The notes under the pieces: model-generated
Database searches by the model: none
The model's input: the letters and a program-made list of their open reading frames with translations, nothing else
What the model was told of the DNA's origin: nothing
From: an uncultured Gemmatimonadales bacterium
Lineage (GTDB): Bacteria > Gemmatimonadota > Gemmatimonadetes > Gemmatimonadales > GWC2-71-9
NCBI GenBank assembly: GCA_963825055.1
Contig: CAWGSK010000007.1
Location: forward strand, 96,001 to 160,000
Reading direction: 5' to 3'
DNA: 64,000 nt
Shown: piece by piece, positions 18,485-27,004 of the stretch
Layout: every line of letters starts with the position of its first letter
Position numbering within the stretch: position 1 is the stretch's first letter
Translations under genes and position numbers: made by a program

Positions 18485-19978
18485 TCAGCCTGCCGCGGCG
18501 GCCATGGCCAGCGCGACCAGGACCGCCCGGGCCTTGGCCTCGGTCTCCGCCAGCTCCAGTTCCGGGACGGAATCCGCCACGATCCCGGCCCCCGCCTGCA
18601 CCCAGGCCTGATCGCCGCGGATGATACAGGTCCTGATCGCGATCGCCGTATCCAGATTCCCGGCACCCCACCCGATGTACCCCACCGCCCCGGCGTACGG
18701 GCCGCGCCGGACAGGCTCCAACGTGTCGATGATCTCCATGGCGCGCACCTTGGGGGCACCGGAAACCGTTCCGGCCGGGAAGGCCGCCGCCAGGGCAGTG
18801 AGGGCATCCTCCCCCTCCCGGAGCCGGCCGCGCACTTCGGTCACGAGATGCATGACGTGTGAATACCGCTCGATTTCCATGAAGCTCGTGATCCGGACGG
18901 ACCCGTACTCCGCCACGCGGCCGACATCGTTGCGTCCCAGGTCCACCAGCATGAGATGCTCGGCGCGTTCCTTGGGGTCGGACCGGAGGGAGGCCTCCAT
19001 GGCGAGGTCCTCGGCCTGCGTGGCGCCGCGGGGACGGGTCCCGGCAATGGGGCGGACAGTCACTTCATCCTGCTCCACCCGCACCAGGACCTCAGGCGAA
19101 CTGCCCACGACGTGGATATCGTCACAGTGAAGGTAGAACAGATACGGAGCGGGGTTGAGGGCGCGCAGGCAGCGGTAGGCCAGGAAGGGGTCCGGGGCCG
19201 GGGCATCGAGCCGTCGGGACAACACGGTCTGGAAGGTCTCACCCGCGGTGATGGCGTCCTGGATGCCGGCCACGCCGCTCCGGAATGCGGCCCCGGTCCA
19301 GGTGGACTCGGCCTTCGCCGGCAGACACTCCGCCTCGAACGGAAGCGGCCTCAGTGAGCCGGGGCCGGCAAGCCGGGCGAGCCAGTCGTCGATGCGCGAG
19401 TCCGCCTCGTGGAACAGACCCGACAGTGTCGCGGGGTCGGGCGCGCCCGCCGGGACGCGCACGCTCGCGACGATGGTGGCCCGGTTGTACAGGTTGTCGA
19501 GCACGATCAGCGTGTCGACGACCATCATCAGGGCATCGGGAAGGCCCCGGTCGTCAGGCGGGGCAGACGGAAGGTCCTCCAGGGTACGTACGACATCGTA
19601 CCCGATGTACCCGACGGCACCGCCGGTGAATCTTGGCAGCCCGTCGACCGGAATCGGCGTGTACGCCCGGAGTAACCTGCCGAGGTGCTCGAACGGGGCC
19701 GCTTCGCCGGGCTCGTCCTCCCACCCGGACCCCGGCGTCCATCGCTCCACCCGCCGCCCATGATACCGGAAGACCTCGGCAGGCTCGGTGGAAAGAAAGG
19801 AGTACCGGGCCCAGCGTTCTCCGCCCTCGAGTGATTCGAGCAGGAATCCCCACGGCCCGCGGTGAAGCTTCCGGAAGGCGCCGACGGGGGTGTCGCCGTC
19901 GAGCACGACCTCACGGGTAACCGGGACCACGGTCCCCGGCCGGGCCAGGGCGAGGAACGCCTCGAGCCCCCGGCTCAC
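18485..19978 (-). CDS. trpE: Anthranilate synthase component I
   Basis: LLES, NPAPY, GSSPE, PIAGTRPRG, EHLMLVDLGRND, GTVSGAPK. Confidence 0.9.
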   Translation of the reverse strand: MSRGLEAFLALARPGTVVPVTREVVLDGDTPVGAFRKLHRGPWGFLLESLEGGERWARYSFLSTEPAEVFRYHGRRVERWTPGSGWEDEPGEAAPFEHLGRLLRAYTPIPVDGLPRFTGGAVGYIGYDVVRTLEDLPSAPPDDRGLPDALMMVVDTLIVLDNLYNRATIVASVRVPAGAPDPATLSGLFHEADSRIDDWLARLAGPGSLRPLPFEAECLPAKAESTWTGAAFRSGVAGIQDAITAGETFQTVLSRRLDAPAPDPFLAYRCLRALNPAPYLFYLHCDDIHVVGSSPEVLVRVEQDEVTVRPIAGTRPRGATQAEDLAMEASLRSDPKERAEHLMLVDLGRNDVGRVAEYGSVRITSFMEIERYSHVMHLVTEVRGRLREGEDALTALAAAFPAGTVSGAPKVRAMEIIDTLEPVRRGPYAGAVGYIGWGAGNLDTAIAIRTCIIRGDQAWVQAGAGIVADSVPELELAETEAKARAVLVALAMAAAAG

Positions 19979-20574
19979 CTCGGCGCGACTACCACGTACG
20001 TGCCGAGCACCGGCAGGGTGGCGGCGAGGTTGTCGCTCGCGGGCCGGAGGGACGGGAGGGTGGTGTAGCTGCCGTTGTCATTGACGTGGGCGAGCGCCAG
20101 GGCCCGCTCGAAGGCCGCGGCGGAACCGTACCGTTCCCGTGCGCCGACCGGTACGGCAAAGTGGACGGGATACTTGAAGGTGAGCGTGACCGGATTCTGG
20201 AGCGCCGCGGTGCCCGTGATGGTGACGCCGTAAAGCCCGGGACGGGGCGCGATCGTTACGTCCACGCTCCGCCCCGAGTCGGCGAAGGCGTTGCCGGGGA
20301 ACAGGACTTCCGCAAACACCGTGTTGTCCGGCGGGCCGTAGCGCAGGACGGCACGCCGCGCCTGTCCCGCGGTCACGGTGAGCGAGGTGTCCATCGGCTG
20401 CGCACCCCAGCTTTCCAGCACGTACGCCCGGTCCGGGGCAAGGGTGGTGCCCGGCTTGACCGACGGACCGCGCGGGGCGGCCCCGCTCGTGGACCGTCCC
20501 CCGCACGCCGCGGCCGCCAGGATACCCAGCGTGCTTGCCGCCAACCACCACCCCCGGGATATTCCGCCTGTCAT
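19975..20574 (-). CDS. Hypothetical lipoprotein
   Basis: Lipobox AAAC after hydrophobic stretch; GTGA coupling to trpE. Confidence 0.65.
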   Translation of the reverse strand: MTGGISRGWWLAASTLGILAAAACGGRSTSGAAPRGPSVKPGTTLAPDRAYVLESWGAQPMDTSLTVTAGQARRAVLRYGPPDNTVFAEVLFPGNAFADSGRSVDVTIAPRPGLYGVTITGTAALQNPVTLTFKYPVHFAVPVGARERYGSAAAFERALALAHVNDNGSYTTLPSLRPASDNLAATLPVLGTYVVVAPR

Positions 20575-22612
20575 GCGCGCCCTCTTCCTCTTCCTGCTGG
20601 TGATCTTCCTGCCGGTGCCGGCCCTGGCTCAGGACTGGAACGCCGCTGCCGCCATGCGCCTGGTCGAGCGCGGCATCGCGCGGCGCCAGCGTGCGGATGC
20701 CGACACGACTCTCCGGAGCTACCGGAGCCGTGCACACGGCTTCGTCTTCTTCCTCGCGCAGGTCGGAGAGGGGCTGACGGAGCCGCCGCGGCTGGTCAAG
20801 GCGGATGAGCTCGACGTCGAAGTGTATTGGGAGGCCCCGAACAACAGCAAGCAGGTGATTCTCGGCTGGCGGGACGGCCGGTGGCTCCCGACCGATATCA
20901 ACTATCACCGGGACCACCTGGGAATCGTCACGAACAACTTCGGGGACCGGATCCGGGTGGGCGAGGGGGATGAGGTCCGTGATGTCGTCCACCCGCTCTC
21001 GGCGGGGGGCCCCGGCGTGTACGACTACGCCCTCCGCGACAGCATCCGGATCCGGAGCGGCAGCTCGGCAATCCGGGTCTATGAGATCAGCGTGCGGCCG
21101 AAACGTTTCGACCAGGCCCTGGTGGTGGGGACGCTCTATCTCACCGTGGAAGACGCCGACCTCGTGCGGTTCCGCTTCAGTTTCACGCCCGCCGCCTACC
21201 TCGACCGCCAGCTCGAGGACATTACCATCGTGCTGGAGAACAGCCTCTGGGACGGGCGGTGGTGGCTGCCGTACCGGCAGGAAGTCGAGATCCGCCGACG
21301 GGCCACCTGGCTCGACTTCCCGGCCCGGGGGATCATCCGCGGGCGCTGGGAAATCCAGGACTACGATTTTAACGTGGCGCTTCCGGCAGGGTCCTTCCGG
21401 GGCCCCGCCATCGCCGGGCTCCGGAAGCCGCGTAACGCAGACACGGCCTGGACCGCACCCCTTGACGAGGCCATCGCCGGTGAAGCCTCCCCGGTGAATC
21501 GCCAGGACATGGAGGACGTCCGGGTGGAAATCGAGCGGATCGCGGGGGCGCACGCCCTTGGCGGACTCGCCTCCTCCCGCCTCGCGACCGGGTCCGTGAG
21601 CGACCTCGTCCACGTGAACCGGGTGCAGGGGCTCGCGCTCGGCGTGGGAGCCAACCTGCAGCAACCCGGAAGCCGGCTGCGGTTCCGGCCGCGCATCGAA
21701 TACGGAACGTCCGACCACCATCTGCTCGGTGGCGCCAGGCTGGAGGTCGAGGCCGGTGCCACCCGGTTCGGACTCGAGTGGCGCCGGGAGGTCCGGGACT
21801 TCACCGACATCCCCGTCATCGCGCCGGTCCTGAATTCGGTGGCGGCCCAGGAGTTCGGGGAGGACTACGGCGACTATGTCCTGCGGGAGACGGCGGCAGC
21901 GTCGCTGCGGCACCGCCTGAGCGGACGGACAGCCTTCGCACTCGAGGTCGGCCGCGAGGACGACGCGTCGCTCCAGGTCCGCGCGACGCCCGCGACCGGT
22001 TCGTACCGGCCCAATCCCGGACTCGGAGCGGCTCCGAGAACCGTCCTGCGACTGGGGCTGGAGCGGGGCGGGGGCGGGATTGCGACCGAGCGCGACGTGA
22101 AGGGCCGGGTCTCGGCCGAGGGGGGAAGCGGGAGGGATGGGGAGTACGCGCGGCTGACGGTCGACGGTGAGGCCCGGATGCCTCTCGCCGGCGGCAGCCT
22201 GAGGCCCCGGCTCTACCTGGGCTGGGGGTCGGAAGCACTTCCGCCGGCCCGCCGGTTTGCCCTGGGTGGGCGTGGAACCCTCGTGGGTGAACCGTTCCGG
22301 GCGTGGGGTGGTCGCACGGCCGTGCTCCTGCGCCTGGAATGGCAGCGTGAGGTCCCGTTCCCGGCAGTACCGCTGGGCCCGTTCGTCTCGACGGGCCATT
22401 CCCTCACCGTCGCGCCGTTCGTGGCCGCGGGCTGGGCCGATCGGGCGGATCCAGCGTTCCCATGGCGGGCGAGCACAGGGCTGCGGCCTGTCGCCGGGGT
22501 AGCGCTCGAGTGGTTCCTGCGCCTGATTCGCGTGGAAGCGGGGGTTGGCCTCAGGACGGGCGACCTCGGGGTCACCATCGACATTCATCCTGACTGGTGG
22601 GACCTCCTCTGA
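20573..22612 (+). CDS. Secreted / outer-membrane protein with C-terminal beta-barrel-like region
   Basis: Signal peptide MRALFLFLLVIFLPVPALA-Q; alternating beta-strand pattern in C-terminal half. Confidence 0.65.
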   Translation: MRALFLFLLVIFLPVPALAQDWNAAAAMRLVERGIARRQRADADTTLRSYRSRAHGFVFFLAQVGEGLTEPPRLVKADELDVEVYWEAPNNSKQVILGWRDGRWLPTDINYHRDHLGIVTNNFGDRIRVGEGDEVRDVVHPLSAGGPGVYDYALRDSIRIRSGSSAIRVYEISVRPKRFDQALVVGTLYLTVEDADLVRFRFSFTPAAYLDRQLEDITIVLENSLWDGRWWLPYRQEVEIRRRATWLDFPARGIIRGRWEIQDYDFNVALPAGSFRGPAIAGLRKPRNADTAWTAPLDEAIAGEASPVNRQDMEDVRVEIERIAGAHALGGLASSRLATGSVSDLVHVNRVQGLALGVGANLQQPGSRLRFRPRIEYGTSDHHLLGGARLEVEAGATRFGLEWRREVRDFTDIPVIAPVLNSVAAQEFGEDYGDYVLRETAAASLRHRLSGRTAFALEVGREDDASLQVRATPATGSYRPNPGLGAAPRTVLRLGLERGGGGIATERDVKGRVSAEGGSGRDGEYARLTVDGEARMPLAGGSLRPRLYLGWGSEALPPARRFALGGRGTLVGEPFRAWGGRTAVLLRLEWQREVPFPAVPLGPFVSTGHSLTVAPFVAAGWADRADPAFPWRASTGLRPVAGVALEWFLRLIRVEAGVGLRTGDLGVTIDIHPDWWDLL

Positions 22613-22703
22613 GGCGGCCATTTGCCTCCGGCCTTGCGCGGCCTATCTTCAACTGACGGAAGGCTTGGCCTTCTCCGCGCCACTCCATTTTGAATGGATC
22701 GCC

Positions 22704-24929
22704 ATGCAGTTTACCGACGAGTGGATCGTTCCTACCATGGAAGCGCTCCTGCCGCCGGGAACCCTTGATGAACTCCGGGGGGCCGACGGCCCGCCGGTCT
22801 CCCTCTGGGAGACCGTTGCGCGCCGCCGCCTGCTCACCGACAAGGTGATCCTGGAGTCCGCGGCCGCGCGCACGCGGCTGCCCATGGCCGACTTGACCCA
22901 GCTCGACGTCCGGGTCCGCGACTCGGTGCCGGAGACGCTCGCGCGCCGGTTCACCGTGCTGCCGCTCCGGATTTCCGATTCCCACCTCGACGTGGCCACC
23001 GCGAACCCGTTTGACCTCGACGCCGAGAAGCTCCTCGCCTTCGCGACGGGACGGGAAGTCCGGGTGCACCTCGCTCCGCCCTCGAAGATCCGCGAGAAGC
23101 TGGAAGAGGTCTATCGTCCCGAGCATGTCGTCGCCGAGCTCCTCGGCGACATGGGGAGCGATCTCCACGTCACGCAGCTGGAGGAGGAGGACGACGACCT
23201 CGAGGTCACGGCTGACGAGGCGAGCCAGCGGCCCATCGTCAGGCTGGTGGACCTGTTGCTTTCAGACGGCATCCTGAGCCGTGCCAGCGACATTCACGTC
23301 GAACCAGTCGAAGGTGGTGTGGTGGTCCGCTACCGCATCGACGGCGTGCTCCGACAGGTGATGAGGATCCCCCGTACGGCAGGCGTTCCCCTGATCAGCC
23401 GCATGAAGATCATGTCCGGCCTCGATATTGCCGACCGGCTCCGTCCGCAGGACGGACGGGCCCGCGTGGCGGTGAACGGCAATCCGGTCGACCTCCGGGT
23501 GTCCACCCTCCCCGCATCGCTCGGCGAGAAGGTTGTCATCCGGATCCTGAACGCCGCCGCCACGGTGCTCTCGCTCGAGTCCCTGGGGATGTACGAGGAC
23601 GAGCGCGCGCAGATCTCGCGGCTGCTGGAGTTCAAGGAGGGCATCGTCCTGGTGACGGGCCCCACCGGCTCCGGCAAGACGACCACGCTGTATTCCGCCT
23701 TGCGCCTCGTCCAGGGCGAGGGCGTGAACATCGTGACAGTCGAGGACCCCGTCGAGTACCGCCTCGGGGCGAACATCGTCCAGGTGCAGGTCAACGAGAA
23801 GGCGGGGCTCACATTCTCGGCGGCCCTTCGCAGTATCCTGCGCCAGGATCCCGACGTCGTGCTGCTGGGCGAGATCCGCGACCAGGAGACCGCGCGCATT
23901 GCCATCCAGGCTTCGCTGACCGGCCACCTGGTGCTGTCCACCCTGCACACGAATGATGCGCCGAACGCGGTCACGCGCCTGGTGGACATGGGGCTGGAAA
24001 ATTACAAGGTGGCCACGGCGCTCCGCGGCGTGGTTGCACAGCGGCTCATGCGCCGGCTCTGCCCGGTGTGCAAGGAGCCCGCCTCCGATGCGGTCCCCGA
24101 TCGGATTCAGCCATTTGTCCCGGACGGGGCGACGCTGTACCGCGCCGTGGGCTGTCCCGACTGTGCCATGACCGGGTACCACGGCCGGTTCAGCGTCGTG
24201 TCCATCCTGACGATGAACCTCGCCCTCGAACGGCTCATCAGCAGCGGTGCCACAGCGGATCGGATCGCTGATGGTGCCCGAGCGAACGGGATGGGGTCGC
24301 TCTGGGAGAGCGGGCTCCGCCACGTGCTCGCCGCCGACTCGTCCTTTGAGGAGTTGCTTCGCGTCACCGGCGGTCCCGGCCTTGACCAGACCGAGCGCGA
24401 GGCGGCCGCGACACCGGCTCCGGCGGCCACTGCCGCTCCAGTCGCGGCTCCGGTCACTCAGGTTCCCGCCCCCGCGCCGCCCGCCGTCCCGACGCTGGAG
24501 CCGTCCGCGGCGTTCGAGCTGATCGATGACCACGTCGCCGAGGGGCCGGGTGGCGGGGCGCGCGTCCTGCTGGTGGATGACGAGGACCACCTCCGGAAGG
24601 TGATGCGCGATCTGCTCGAGCGCGACGGCTTCGTCGTAGTCGAGGCCCGGGACGGCGCCGAAGCGCTGGACGCCGTCGACCGGCACGCCCCGGACGTGGT
24701 CGTGCTGGACCTCAACCTTCCGGGGCTCGACGGCTACGGGGTCCTCGAACAGATCCGCTCCCGTCCCTCCACCGCCTCGACTCCGGTGATCGTGCTCACG
24801 GCCAAGGGCGATGAGGACAACGAGGTGCGGGTGTTCGAACTTGGTGCCGACGATTTCCTGACCAAGCCTTTCCGGCCCCGTGCCCTGTCTGCCCGGCTGG
24901 AGGCCATGCTGGCGCGGCGCCGCGGCTGA
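22704..24929 (+). CDS. GspE/PilB secretion ATPase fused to a C-terminal receiver domain
   Basis: ASDIHVEP, GPTGSGKTT, EDPVEY, LRQDPD, GHLVLSTLH, CPVC..CPDC; REC LLVDDE..LDLNLP..FLTKPF. Confidence 0.9.
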   Translation: MQFTDEWIVPTMEALLPPGTLDELRGADGPPVSLWETVARRRLLTDKVILESAAARTRLPMADLTQLDVRVRDSVPETLARRFTVLPLRISDSHLDVATANPFDLDAEKLLAFATGREVRVHLAPPSKIREKLEEVYRPEHVVAELLGDMGSDLHVTQLEEEDDDLEVTADEASQRPIVRLVDLLLSDGILSRASDIHVEPVEGGVVVRYRIDGVLRQVMRIPRTAGVPLISRMKIMSGLDIADRLRPQDGRARVAVNGNPVDLRVSTLPASLGEKVVIRILNAAATVLSLESLGMYEDERAQISRLLEFKEGIVLVTGPTGSGKTTTLYSALRLVQGEGVNIVTVEDPVEYRLGANIVQVQVNEKAGLTFSAALRSILRQDPDVVLLGEIRDQETARIAIQASLTGHLVLSTLHTNDAPNAVTRLVDMGLENYKVATALRGVVAQRLMRRLCPVCKEPASDAVPDRIQPFVPDGATLYRAVGCPDCAMTGYHGRFSVVSILTMNLALERLISSGATADRIADGARANGMGSLWESGLRHVLAADSSFEELLRVTGGPGLDQTEREAAATPAPAATAAPVAAPVTQVPAPAPPAVPTLEPSAAFELIDDHVAEGPGGGARVLLVDDEDHLRKVMRDLLERDGFVVVEARDGAEALDAVDRHAPDVVVLDLNLPGLDGYGVLEQIRSRPSTASTPVIVLTAKGDEDNEVRVFELGADDFLTKPFRPRALSARLEAMLARRRG

Positions 24930-24943
24930 GCGCCGCGCCGGCC

Positions 24944-25432
24944 ATGACCACCCTGCGGACGAGCATTGTCGACGTGTATGTCGTACGTCCCGCGGAGGGA
25001 GGCCTGGAGTTCCTGCTTCTCCGCCGTGGACCCGACGGCCGCTGCCCCGGCTCCTGGGAGGGCGTGCACGGTCACATTGACGGCGGCGAGCATCCGGTGG
25101 CCGCGGCCTTGCGTGAGCTCCGGGAGGAGACCGGGCTGGCCCCCGAGCGGCTGTACAACCTGAGCCGGGTCGAGCTCTTCTACCAGCACCTCACCGACGA
25201 AGTGGCCGTGATCCCGGTGTTCTGTGCGGTGGCGCGGGCCGGAGCCGGCGTGACCCTGGGCACCGAGCACGACGACCACTCATGGCTCGCCGCTGCCGAC
25301 GCCGGGGACCGATGGACCTGGCCCCGCGAACGGCGCGCCATGGCCGATATTCTCCACCTGCTGCCCGATGGCCACGCCGGGGCAGCGGATGACGTCCTGC
25401 AGGTGGACCTCAACACCTTCGTCCAGCCGTGA
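24944..25432 (+). CDS. NUDIX hydrolase
   Basis: Nudix box GHIDGGEHPVAAALRELREETG. Confidence 0.88.
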   Translation: MTTLRTSIVDVYVVRPAEGGLEFLLLRRGPDGRCPGSWEGVHGHIDGGEHPVAAALRELREETGLAPERLYNLSRVELFYQHLTDEVAVIPVFCAVARAGAGVTLGTEHDDHSWLAAADAGDRWTWPRERRAMADILHLLPDGHAGAADDVLQVDLNTFVQP

Positions 25433-26874
25433 ACATTCCGATGCTGCCATCCCGCCTTGCCACCGTCCTGCTCGTCCTTCCGGTCTTCGGCGGCACGCCT
25501 GCCGCGCCCCCGTGCATCCGCCTGTCCCGTGCCGGCACCCAGGTGCAGGGCGACGTCAGGGTATGCCCTGGCCGTTATCGCGTGGCGGACCCGGAGGAGC
25601 GTGGTGTCATCGTGGTGGCCGGCTCCCGTGTCCGGCTCGACCTCACCGGCGTCACGCTGGAGAGCGGCGACTCGGTGCCCGGACGATACAAGGGGATCGG
25701 CGTCGTGGCCCGCAATGTTGATCGTGTGACCATCGAGGGCGGCAGGATACTCGGCTACCGCCATGGCATCGTACTGGAGGGAGGGAGTGGCCACGTCGTG
25801 CTGGGGAGCGATGTCTCGGGGTCACGGCGGCAATCCCTCCGCTCCGACCCGGGACGGTTTGACGAGGCCGACTGGCTTGACATCTTCCACCCCGACACCT
25901 TCCTGGCCTACGGTGGAGGGATTCTCCTGCGCAACACGAGCGGGGCGCGGGTGGAGGGCGTGACGGCACGGGACGCGCAGAACGGCATCGGCCTGGTGGA
26001 TGTCCGGGACAGCTACATCGCGGACAACGATGTGTCCCGTAACAGTGGATGGGGCATCCATCTCTGGCACGCGGCGCGGAACGTGATCATCCGGAACCGG
26101 GCCGACCGCAATGTCCGGTGCGAGGCCCCCGCCTACAGCCGAGGGTGCGACAGCGCGGCCCTCCTGCTCCGGGAACGGAGTGACTCGAACTATATCGCCG
26201 ACAACGACCTTACCCACTCCGGCGACGGCTTCTTCCTGAGCGGGCAGCGCGGGATGGTGCAGCCCTCGATCGGGAACGTCGTGCTTCGCAACGACGCGTC
26301 GTTCGCGTACCACAACGCGTTCGAGGCCACCTTCAGCCCCTGGAACTCCTTCCTGGAGAACAGGGCCGACAGTTCCGGGTACGGATTCTGGCTCGGGTAC
26401 TCGACCGGGAATACCGTCCGCGGGAACACCATCATCGGCACGAGGGAGACCGGGATCGCCATTGAACACGGGAGCGACAACGAGATCACGGGAAACGTGA
26501 TCATCGGGGGCGAGACCGGGATTCACCTGTTCGCCCCGCACGAGGGCGACGACCCCAGCCGGGGATACCGCGTGGACGACAATACCCTGGCGCAGGTACG
26601 CACCGGCCTCCGGCTGGAGGGGACGGCCCAGGCGAGGCTCCGTGGCAACCTCTTCGATGGGGTCACTGAGGGACTCGTGGCAGATGCGGCGGCCGCCGAC
26701 GCCCAGGTGAGCGGCAACGTATTCCTCAGGTCCAGCGGCCTGTTCATCCGGGCTGACACCCTGGATGCCGGGGGAAACTTCTGGGGTACCCCCGACCTGG
26801 AGGCCACCCGGGCAAAGGTGCGGGGACGCGTGAACCTGGTGCCGTGGCGCTCGGCGAGGGAGGCGGGGTACTGA
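25429..26874 (+). CDS. Secreted right-handed parallel beta-helix protein (NosD-like fold)
   Basis: Signal peptide; repeated N-x-I-x-x-N / GI-x-L units; GNFWG near C-terminus. Confidence 0.75.
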   Translation: MNIPMLPSRLATVLLVLPVFGGTPAAPPCIRLSRAGTQVQGDVRVCPGRYRVADPEERGVIVVAGSRVRLDLTGVTLESGDSVPGRYKGIGVVARNVDRVTIEGGRILGYRHGIVLEGGSGHVVLGSDVSGSRRQSLRSDPGRFDEADWLDIFHPDTFLAYGGGILLRNTSGARVEGVTARDAQNGIGLVDVRDSYIADNDVSRNSGWGIHLWHAARNVIIRNRADRNVRCEAPAYSRGCDSAALLLRERSDSNYIADNDLTHSGDGFFLSGQRGMVQPSIGNVVLRNDASFAYHNAFEATFSPWNSFLENRADSSGYGFWLGYSTGNTVRGNTIIGTRETGIAIEHGSDNEITGNVIIGGETGIHLFAPHEGDDPSRGYRVDDNTLAQVRTGLRLEGTAQARLRGNLFDGVTEGLVADAAAADAQVSGNVFLRSSGLFIRADTLDAGGNFWGTPDLEATRAKVRGRVNLVPWRSAREAGY

Positions 26875-26878
26875 ACTG

Positions 26879-26980
26879 CAGGGAGTAGGGAGCAGGGCGC
26901 AGGGCTTGGGCGAGAGGCACCGGCTCTGCTGGCGACGGTGCCCCCCCTGAAACACCAGTCACTAGTCACCAGTCACCAGT
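26879..26980. repeat. Paired heptamer arrays (YAGGGMK)4 and (CACYAGT)4 with central hairpin
   Basis: 26879-26906 and 26953-26980; hairpin ggcaccg...cggtgcc between them. Confidence 0.8.
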
Positions 26981-27004
26981 CAGTCCCTCCACGCCGAACA
27001 CTCG

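Noticed and set aside
20078..22621. 847-aa minus-strand ORF and other long antisense ORFs (628..2325, 3218..5143, 27452..29395, 40505..42295, 48990..50714)
   Set aside because: Stop-poor shadows of real genes in high-GC DNA; no motifs
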